A DNA stretch of 64,000 nt, from contig JAHLTZ010000003.1 of the NCBI GenBank assembly GCA_025786725.1, positions 806,001 to 870,000 on the forward strand, written 5' to 3'. The number at the start of each line of letters is the position of its first letter. Position 1 is the stretch's first letter. This stretch comes from Syncephalis fuscata S228. Lineage: Eukaryota; Fungi; Zoopagomycota. A program made the translations under genes and the position numbers. This document shows, one piece after another, positions 20,420 to 31,300 of the stretch. Under the pieces are notes generated by a model. The model worked only from the letters and a program-made list of their open reading frames with translations. It was not told where the DNA came from and did not search any database.

Positions 20420-22397
20420 TAATAGTTGATGTTGTATAGTTGTTTTATTTACTACGATTGGATACTGATTAGTATATTATTATGTAATGAATATGGAATG
20501 GAAATATTACCTAGACGATCTTTATCTAATGTATTTACTGATAGCATACCTAATAATACAGTTTATTGTTATTTTACCGGCTATATAAACTAATAACTAT
20601 GTACCTTGTTCATTCTTGCAAAGTACAAGAATGGCTAATGCTACGCCAACGGATCGATCTTGTCCTATTTGATAGATTAATAATAGAATTAATAATGCTT
20701 TAAATTAATAACCTTTGGCACAATGTACTAAAATACGTTTACGTTATATAATTGGCTCTTTAAAAAATGCTAGCGCTTTTGGTAATGCGGCTAGTAGTTG
20801 TGACTAATCCTTTTACCCTAAGAATGTTGAGAAATAAATAGTTGGGATTGGATCGATTAGTTTCATATTCTAATTCACAACAATTGATAACAACATTAAA
20901 GTGTGACCAGCATTCAGAGGACGTCCTATATCACTAATTAGTATGTTATTGTATTATTGTATTAATTAGTAATTCAAACCATTAAAGTACTTACCACTGC
21001 GCGACTACCAATAGCTAGTAGTGTTTCACCAATAAAATCAAAATATGATTAAGAAGATGCTTTATTTATTTCAGCAATCACTTTGGTGTATTTCTATACT
21101 GCTTCATTAATAGCCGTACTTATTCTGCAAGCTTGAAGTGTGGTGCATTTAATAAAAGTTCTCGGTATTGCCAAAATACATTTGCCTCTAATCCCTATAC
21201 ATATATAAAATTATATATGTATATTGAATCTAGTTTACTTGCCATTGACCATAGTTCTGCATTATCAGCTGCTCCTTAAATGTATATATAATCATTTGAT
21301 CTACATGCTGTACTCTTGTACCGTTGGTACAGCTCCATGCTGTAACGCATATAACTGGATAAATGGAGCATCGTTATATGTAGGCGGATCATTATTCCAC
21401 AAACGTGATTGAGGTGTCAGCCAAATAGGACGCAATGGTTTACGTATAATATTTTGTAAATAATTGAAATCTACGTCATTACTTGCCAACTATTAAATAA
21501 ATAGATTAATTGTTGTTGTTGTTAGTATTGTTACTTGCCTATAAAATTTCAACAAAACTAGGCAATCGCTGTTTAATTCGATCATGTTCTGATCGTGTCA
21601 CTATTGATGGCAGTGTCGATAATGCATAATGTTGACTAATACTTTCATTTTCATTATTACAAATGATAACATTATTGGATATACTATCACTATGGCTATC
21701 ACTATCGCCATGTCGTGCATGAAAGCCGTGTGTATTTATCGTTTTTAGTTGTGGTGCATATAAAACGATTAATAGTTGCACACCAAATAGGTACTGTCTT
21801 TGCCAATGCATCTGAAATACGTTTACCACCTCGTGTGGAATCAATTAACAAACATTTACAATAGTTATTAATTATACCAATGTGCTAATACCATTTGTAA
21901 TACTTACCCGCCATATTTACCAATTAATGGAAGAATATGAAAGTTGGCGCGACGTAATAAAAAACACCATTTGCCATGATGTTCATCAGTTGATTTGCAA
22001 TAAGCACTGGCCGTTTTCTAATTCATGAATACAGGTTACTTATTGGCAATTGAATAGTATGGTATTTTATTTCTTCTACTACCTTATCAGAAGGTACATA
22101 CCACAAACCACAGTGTTTATTAGCTATATTTACGATATAGTTAATTAATGAATCAATTACATATTGGATACGTGCCAATAATGGGTAAAGTTGGAAATAA
22201 TTCCGCCAACTCTGCCACAAACTTGGCATCATGGTCAATCGAGTGAAGTCGATGATAACTTTAAAATAAAAAATGTAAATGCAATAATCAATGTGTAAAT
22301 ATTATATTTATAACTATAATTAATGACTTGTCTTTAATACTAACATGGATCGATAGATCTTTCGTATATTATCGGTTATTTGTTAATAAGACTGCAT
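20420..22397 (-). pseudogene. RIT1: RIT1 (initiator tRNA A64 2'-O-ribosylphosphate transferase) pseudogene; 3' boundary approximate
   Basis: Motifs YHRLHSI, ANKHCGLWY, YCKSTDEH, DSTRGGKRISDALAKTVPIWC, KPLRPIW, ILVHC..GQDRSVG; at least six in-frame TAA/TAG stops, altered conserved residues and an apparent AG>AA splice acceptor near 21856. Confidence 0.85.
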
Positions 22398-22543
22398 AAT
22401 ATAGTGTTTACTATCAATTCACTGCTTCTAGCTTTTGTTTAATAAGTAGCGTGAATTATGTGTTATGTATACGTAGGAAAAGAAAAAAGAAATAACGAAT
22501 TAGAATGATTGTACTTTTTCTACGCTTTTACAACATACTACTC

Positions 22544-25213
22544 ATGTCAGCTAATAATAAGACTACAGTAAATGAGGCGGCAACGAGCTCTAATGCCACT
22601 CAACTGCACGGACAATTACCGTCGACCGAGCTGTTTTCTATAGAATATCCAGGTTATGTACGTAACACGGATAAAGTATTAGAGACACTAGGCGGTATCG
22701 ATACAGTAACTCGAGTAAGTAAAAGTAGTCTTTGTAGGCATAATGACCTTACATTGGCCATGACTATTCGTGCTACTAAATAACCACCTTAACTACTTAG
22801 AATATGCGTAATATTATGGCTGACCAGTCAAATATTCGTCAACCGTTAAATATGCGACCCAATGACCTGTTCTCTATTCCTATCCAAGGTGACTATGTAT
22901 CAACACCGAAGCTATTATTACGCGTTCGACGAAAGAAAAAGCCACAACAACAAGAGGATACTGTAAACGGAGCAGGAGAAGCAGTAGCAATGGATACAGA
23001 TATGGATCGTTGTAATAATAAGACAACACCAGAATTTGAAGCAACTATAGTAGGACGTGTTAAACAAACATGTCGATTTAGAGGCAAGTTAATCCAGGCT
23101 AGAATTATTTAACATCTAATTATTATTAATAGCCATGTCTGATTTTCAGTATATGGCAGATAATAATCATCCAATTACTCATCTTTGTCAAGCTATGCGT
23201 AATGATGATGGTAAATATTATTAGTTAATTAACTAGATATATACTACGTATTAACGATACTGATTTTATTGTAATAGTAACAGCCATGCGTAATTTTAAT
23301 TTTAAATTTGCAAATGAAATGAATTCAACGCATATTGGTATACCACCACCTTTTTTCTCTCGTATTGAGGTAGGTGAACGTTTGATTCGATGGCTGCATT
23401 GTAAATACCGACTTATTATGGTATACGCATAATTATACCTATAGACACCTATAAACTATGGGTAAGTATATGAGTAGTATTGGTTATTGATACAAATATC
23501 TAATGACTATATACCTATATTAGATTTCGTCAACTTATCTATGTTAATGATAAGGAGAGTAGTACGCGTCCTGGAACAAATGTACGTACTAGTTTGACTA
23601 TAGTGTCTACATTATTATTGATTGATCCATTTATATTGAATAGGTAGCAGGTGTTGGTAAACGGTATACTCGTTGGCAGAACTCTTATTCAAAAACCCAT
23701 GTTATTCAGTACACTGCAGCCTATATCCTTTATACGGTATAATACAGCCGACTAACTAAACTATTATTCTTGACAAATATACACCTATTCCTGATAGGCC
23801 CGATGAGGAAGTAGTTAAATCAGCTGCTGATATTGATAAATCATTATTGGATAGAGCAGAGCAGGTAATAACTTGATATTATATATTTACAGTATTAATA
23901 TTAATAATAATAATAAGTAGTTATTTAAAGAACGGCCTATTTGGACTTCACGTAGTATTCATTGTGTTCTTAATGATGCGACACGAGAAGATATGCGAGT
24001 GTCAGTAGTTACACTATATTTTATATTTAATTATTAATAATATTAATAATAATAATAGTATATTGCGTTATAATGGCTATGTCATGATGAGAGGACCGTG
24101 GCGTGGTTGTTATATTCGCCTAGGTTATGATCCAAGAATAGATAAAGAAGCACGCAAGTAAGCAAAAGTTATTTACAATAATAGTAATAAATTAAACAAT
24201 ATATACATGTATAGATATCAATTATTAGATACACGTCCTAAAGCATCAGCAGCTGATCAAGCACAGAAAAACACTCATGCTATTCGATTAAACACTATAG
24301 GCCGTTTACCTGCCAATTCATTAACAGCAACTATGAATAGAAATACTAATGGACAGACACCAGGGTAATTGTTGATTGGTATACATATTATTTATTAACA
24401 AAAGTACTTATTAGACAACCACCGGTATTTGATGGTAAACATGATGTTTCAGGCATTATTAGTTGGCAATACTGTGATATTACCGATCAAGGTATTCGTA
24501 AAATATTAGATGCAGAGACTGCTGTGGCATCTAAATGTGATGTAAGTTATACGGACTATTATTACTAATGCTTTGATTAATAAGTATATTTATATAGGAA
24601 CGGAATGGCTGGTATAGAGCAGAGGCAATTTCTGGGATTCGAAGACTTTATCGACTTAAACGTCAAGCAATACGTCTAGGTAAAGATGCCAATGCTGAAG
24701 AAGAAGAATCAATTATTATAGAAGTATTAGCCGCTTTACAATATGGAGATGCTATTATGGAACTGAAGTATTCTCTCCACTCCATTCCATTCTGAAGTAG
24801 CGACATTAACAGCATCAGTAGCACTAGTAGATGATCAATTGTCAGCAACATCATCACTACCACCATTACAAAAAATGGATGCCAAGGTTAGTTAGTAAAC
24901 CACATATTTAATTTATAATATTTAATTATTATTATTATTGTTGTTGTTGTTATGTCATTAGATGGACGCATTAATGCAAAATCTTACACAGGCATTAGGT
25001 AGTGATAGCCAGTCAATGACTACTACGACGGATATGACACTGAACACTGATCAACAACAGTATTATAACAATATGTCAGGTTTATTCTCTGATGCCGATG
25101 AATTTGAAGGTATATTCGGTGATTCTTTAGATGAATTGGACGAAGAAGAAGAAGGTGAAGGTGAAGACGAAGAAGACGAAGAAGAAGACGAAGAAGAAGA
25201 AGAAGAAGAGTAG
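22544..25213 (+). CDS. TFC1: RNA polymerase III transcription factor TFIIIC tau95 subunit (Tfc1/Sfc1/GTF3C5)
   Basis: SIEYPGYV..TDKVLETLGG, CRFRAMSDFQY, LFKERPIW, GPWRGCYIRLGYDPR, acidic Glu/Asp C-terminal tail. Confidence 0.9.
23723..23784 (+). other. U12-type AT-AC intron (62 nt) in TFC1
   Basis: ATATCCTTT...TTCTTGAC-aaatatac-AC; splicing restores frame (QYTAAS-IPDRP); the nearby GT-AG alternative runs into an immediate stop. Confidence 0.85.
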
Positions 25214-25469
25214 ATGTTAAATGACGCGTTATTACAAATATTAGTATTCAATTAACCGTGACAAGTATTAACAAATTGACAGTTTATAATAAAACTACAT
25301 AAATAATTAATGTGGGTGTGAACATGCATTGATTGGTTAAATGAAAAAGATTTTGCGCTCTCTTTTTCAGCTATTCGTTTGGCGCATTCAACGAGGAGTT
25401 CCTTCTCTTTCCGTTGCTCAACGTACATACACGTTTAAATAGCGGCATCTATTCTTTGCAAGATCTACC

Positions 25470-25859
25470 ATGGCCCACGATCAAGTCTGGTTCTCTCGTC
25501 CCCGCCGTTACGGCAAGGGTTCTCGCCAATGGTAAGTAATGAACTAGTTGAATAGAGCCAAAACAGCTAGTAGTTGTGGTGGTGGTGGATCCAACAAACA
25601 TGCATACTTATCAATTACTTTGTATATAGCCGTGTGTGCACTCACCACCAAGGTCTTATCCGCAAGTACGGTTTGGATGTATGCCGTCAGTGCTTCCGTG
25701 AATACGCCAAGGACATCGGCTTCATCAAGGTAAGCAATATAGACACGCATATACGCGTAGATAATAGACGTGTCTACATATATACATACACACACATATA
25801 ATATATAATACACGATACTAATTACTCTCTACACCTCTATTACACTATAGTTCCGATAA
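25470..25859 (+). CDS. RPS29: 40S ribosomal protein S29 (uS14), 2 introns
   Basis: [56 protein letters not shown]. Confidence 0.97.
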
Positions 25860-26148
25860 GCTATTGGCATTATCTTTGGAGGACGCAAAGTCAAGCAACA
25901 GCATTGAGCTGGCTGCCCGTCTCGTTTAGGTCCTAATAAACGGACATTTTAAAATTATATTTTTACCACAAGATAGAATTATTGCATATATTGAGAATTT
26001 AAACTAATTGTCTTAATAAGAATAGTAATAATAGTATAATAATAGTATAATAATAATAATAGATGAAAACTTAATAGAACGGATACAAATACGACGTATA
26101 GATCGATATCCGGACATTCATATCAAACAATTTGGTAGTACTTTTAGC

Positions 26149-27158
26149 CTACATGCCACCATTTCGTGCACTCATACGCAATGATGCCATAGTATCGGTC
26201 ATCATGGTTGCTGTGTTATTATTATGGTTATTATTGAATAACCCACTTGTCTTGACATATTGTTGAATAACTATATATATATATATAATAAGTATTATTA
26301 ATTAGAACTATAGATAAGTAATGGACTGCTACTCATAGTCATCATTATATAGAACATTACACGCTTACCATTACAATCACAATCCTGATGGGCCAACTAT
26401 AATGAATGAATGAATGAATAATTAAATTTTATTAATATTTAAATGGATTACTACTTACCATTTGATTTTTTAATTGAATAGCTTCTTCCTTAAGTTGGCT
26501 TACCAATAACTGAAGTGCTTTGTTACGTTTGGTAACCTCTTCTGACTTGGTCTCTAATTCCTGCATCCATACCTTTCTCTTTTGACGACACTTGAAAGCT
26601 ATAAACAATAGATTAAGGATTTAATACTTAATTTTACATTTTAACTTACCAGCGACACGGTTACGTTCAAGGAACTTCTGTCGCTTACCGACATTGTCTC
26701 CATCGTCGTCATCGTCATCGTCTTCATCTTCATCATGAAAACTGCTATTATTGTTGCTCTTATTGCTTTTATTATTCACATCGCTATTGTTTGATTGCAT
26801 ATCGTAGCTACCATCGGTGGCATGGTTATTATTGGTCTTGTTTCGAACAGGTGACGGTGAGCGTGCGCGTTTCAATAATTTGTCCGATGGCGGCTGTACC
26901 TGAGCTGGATTAACAGCAGTAAATACTGGAGGCTGCCAGTTTGTCATTGTCTAAGAAGTATTGGTAGATAGATAGATAGATATACTATTAGTATAGTAAT
27001 GGCCAACTTTTCCTTGTCTTGTTCATTACCTGTTGCATAGATAGTGTTACCGTACTATCTGTAACACCAGTAACAGCAGCGACTACAGCAGCAGCAGCAG
27101 CCGCGGCCTCTTCATTGCTACGACGAAAACTCGCGTCAAAGGGATTAACCTCGGCCAT
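26149..27158 (-). CDS. ATF/CREB-family bZIP transcription factor (Atf1/ATF2-like), 4 introns
   Basis: N-terminal NPFDASF motif; basic region KRQKFLERNRVAAFKCRQKRK; leucine zipper ending LKNQMLAHQDCDC. Confidence 0.88.
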
Positions 27159-27533
27159 TATAGTACACACACAGTAGAATAGTTTACTGTGTTTATGAAT
27201 ATCGTATAAGACTGACGAATGCTATAATGATGATGACGAATAAAAACGTATAATATCGTCAGTAGATAAGACAGGTATGTATGTGTTAAAGAAGAAGATA
27301 AAGAGTCAAGGAGAATGAGTTTGTTCGTATGACTGATAAAGTAATATGGTTTATTAAGTGTGTGAATGTAAATATGCATCGGTATTAGAACACTCAGTGT
27401 AGAATCAATTACACACCCAGACACACAGAAAGTGAATAAGTGACCATCAATTGTAATGATGGACCTCGCCTTTCTTCCCGTCTACAGTTGACAGTACGTT
27501 TCGGTTTCACTTTGACGCTGACCATCTATCACC

Positions 27534-28271
27534 ATGTTGCTCTACGAAGATATCATCAGCGGTAAGTAGAGATACGTAGATGGATGGATGGATATCCAGA
27601 TGGATTGCTGTCTAGAATGACTATAACTAACGATGGGGCCTATTTACTACTATTGCTTATTACTATAGGCGATGAAATGTTCAGCGATGCCTTCCCTATG
27701 AAGGAGATCGACGACATTGTCTATGAAGTCGACTGTGCCGTAAGTAGATGAGATAGAGACAGTGATGGTGGCAGTATAACTGCAATATACACTACGCTCT
27801 ACTTATTAGAGATATAGTACTAATAATATATATATATGCATATACTATTGTATGGTATAGATGATGGCCGTTGGCGGTGATGGTGACATTGATATCGGTG
27901 CCAACCCATCGGCTGAAGAGGCCCCAGAGGAGTTGGAGGCTTCCAATGTTGAGACAGTCAACAACGTTATCCACTCTTTCCGTCTACAGAGCACGAGCTT
28001 TGACAAGAAGAGCTTCTTGACCTACTTGAAGTCCTACATGAAGGCCATCAAGACTAAGTTGCAAGAATCCAACCCAGACCGTGTGGATGAGTTCGCAAGC
28101 AAGGCTCAAGACTTTGCCAAGAAGCTTATTGGCAACTTCAAGGACTACGAATTCTACACCGGCGAATCCATGAACCCAGAAGGCATGGTTGCTCTACTTA
28201 ACTATCGTGAGGATGGTGTTACACCATATTTCACCTTCTTCAAGGATGGTCTTAAGGTTGTGAAATTGTAA
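27534..28271 (+). CDS. TMA19: Translationally controlled tumour protein (TCTP/Tma19), 2 introns
   Basis: MLLYEDIISGDEMFSDAFP, IGANPSAEE, FDKKSFLTYLKSYMK, FYTGESM, YREDGVTPYFTFFKDGL. Confidence 0.96.
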
Positions 28272-28380
28272 ATCAACTATTATTGTCCATCTGCTGTCCA
28301 GTGTTGATTTCATTGCCTCAATAAACAATTAACAAACAAAATAGGATGGTTTATTTATTGTAGATAATTTCTAAATAGGC

Positions 28381-31300
28381 TTAAAGCGTGGTAGTTGTGG
28401 TGATACTTGTAGTAGTTGTTGCTGCGGCGGCATTGGCTGCAGTTGCTAAAACGGCCAGTGTAGCATTACGGAATATAGATTCAGGGACGGCCGCCAGTTC
28501 TGCTTGAGCTTGTACAAGTACTTCGGCCGATAAAGGAACAGAACGTATATATAAATGGCTAGAATGGAATAAAACGTTAAGTAATATACAGTGCTTATAA
28601 GGCATTGCTTATTAGTCTTAAAGGATACATGAAATCTAATAATTGAATCGCATCTTGATGGAATACTTGATCCAAACCACTTAGTTCAAGTAATAAAGTT
28701 AATAGATGAAATAGTGCCTGTATAGTCAATAATCAATAATCAATATCCTATATTTTACTATGTTACTATGCTACTGTATTGCTTACAGTAGAGGCAAGGG
28801 CCGGCTGTTGTGTCGTATGATGAAGACCCACAGCAAGTAATTGCGGTACACGTAATGCACGTCCCTTGATCGCCAAATCCGGTCGACGTGTACTAATTGC
28901 CTCCATAATAGATGGCAGTATACAATCACCGGCAAATTGCATCAATTCATGTAGACAGGCCAATAGAGCCATAAGTGGTGTTGTCATATTGGTGGCTGAT
29001 GTCGTTGTGGTGTTCGATGAAGCCAATTCAAATAATCGTTTCTAATACAAAATAACAATAATATATGTGTGTTAAAAATAATGAAATAATAAATATTTGC
29101 TTACTTGGCGTTGAATATTATCATCTATTTGTGCATCCACTTCGAGTATTGCCGAGGCAATGGCCATCGTTAATGGAAATAGAAAGATTTCACGAGGTAG
29201 TGCCGCATACCATTGAGCAATAGCCCCTACTTGACTTATAGTTAATGGTGTTGTAGCAGTGGCTGTATACAAATAGTCCAAGGTAGATTGAATAATTGTT
29301 TCAGCTGGCCATAACATTGTATTTGTTTCAAATACAGTTGTATAAAGCAATTCTTTATGTACATCACACATTCACGGTATTGTTGTTTTATACGCCATTC
29401 TGGTTTACGATACTTGTTGGCTATTATTCGTTATTAGTTATTGGTCTATACTATTAATTGTAGTAATAGCTTACCATTGATTAGTCGATCTACTACTTGT
29501 TCTACTGAGAATTTAATCTCTGTCACATCTGGCCAAGACCGAACATAGTTAATAAAAATGGGTGAAAATGGATAACTTTCTAATGCTATATGATATACCA
29601 ATTAGATAAATAATAATACAATATAATTTATATATATATATATATCCACTTACGTAGTACTTTTAATAGTTTCATTAATAATGGTGGATTTTCCACAAAT
29701 GTTGCTGAATATGATTTTAGAAATGTGGTATTAGTTGCACTTAATAACGATAATCGTATTTCCACAACTGTCCATAAACATCAATTATTTGATGGCTGAT
29801 TCAATTCGCTTGGCATCAATAAATATGCCCAATACACCACGGAATACACTGGTAAAATCAAGAATATTACTGTAAAAGTAAACAGGTAGTGTTTCTTGGT
29901 CAGTTGATGGCGTGTCATTACCACATTTCTCAAAACAATTATATTCAGGAAATTCGTTAAGATATGTCACTAGTCGTTCATGATAATTTTCATCTTCCCA
30001 GTAGTTATGCTGGGTGAATAGAGTACACCATCGTTGTACTCGTTTCTGTAATTCATCTGTATGCAGTAAATAGCCTTCTAATAGATCCAATGTAGGTTCC
30101 ATATGATAATTACAGCGAGCAAATGCTATTATCAGCTGATTATGACTAATAACTTGAGCTTGCCAAGTAAGTCGATTTAATGCATTGCATGCCTACAATT
30201 ATAAACATCGATTAGTATTATTAAATGATTTAATATACAATATAGAGTACTTGCTGCTTCAACAGATACTAGCATTCCAACTGCTAGACTTGTATGTTCG
30301 GCCAATCGAATTGTGGCATGCATTAATTGATGTGGAGGTATTGATTGTAATACTGGACGTATTTCTATACCATTAATCAATATTAATAACCAGTAGTAGT
30401 AGTAGTGATTTATAGATATGTACCTGTTAATATTTGATCAATGTGTTCTGTATCATTAATACACTTCCACCATAGATATACAAGTACATCTAATTGATGT
30501 TCTGGTTGATTAAAGTCTTGTGGCGATAGATTAAGTATATGTTCTGGTTCCGCCTAAAATTATAAATTATAACTGGTGATTAGTAACTGATAATAGTATA
30601 TCCGTTAAATAGTTACATTTAATAATACTGGAGGTGGAATTAAAGATGATGTTTGTTGAACAAAACTTCTAATCGGTTCAGGGAAATGTTGAATGATTTC
30701 TGGTGCCCAACTAGGTGCTTCTGCAGATATACGCATAAGGATCTTTTCTAAACTAGCCTCACTTATAAGTGTTTTACGGTTGATATAACTATAAAAATAA
30801 TTAGAATAAGCTTTAACTATAACTGATGGTACTTACTTGAAACTCCACATGCGCGCTGTAGTCATCATAGTAATGCGGGCAAGTAAAGGCAATCCAGTAA
30901 AGGATATTTGATCAAGTATAGCAATGCAATCAGGTAGAAATTGGCCATTACTCTAGATAATCATTAATATTAGTGTATTATATATATGTATATATATATA
31001 TAATACTTACTAATAGATTGACGCATAAACTTTCGAGAATAATATAGACACGACGATTACGTATATTAGGAAGTGCTGCAATAATAGTCACAATCATGTT
31101 AACGGTTAATGATGATGATGTAATAATTAGTTAAGGATAAGTAGTACAGTTTGAATATTAAATAAATTGTTAAAAGGATATCTAAGGAATCGTAAAAGAC
31201 GACCACTTAATAGTTCAGCCATTGTACTAATCCAACGCCAAGTAGTTTCTGAGAATACAGATTGACCTTCTTTGGAATTCTCTTCTTTGGCCAATTTGGC

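Noticed and set aside
20740-21545. TAA/TAG-to-Gln genetic code reassignment suggested by stops in RIT1
   Set aside because: Neighbouring genes end at TAA/TAG and use CAA/CAG internally; RIT1 also has missense and splice lesions, so pseudogenisation fits better
27226-27337. Possible box C/D snoRNA (ATGATGA...CTGA) and TGACG half-sites between the bZIP gene and TCTP
   Set aside because: No terminal stem or recognisable rRNA guide; such short motifs are expected by chance
30899-30907. ATATCCTTT on the minus strand within MED23
   Set aside because: Lies inside an open exon (LDQISFTGLPLLAR); no intron is needed
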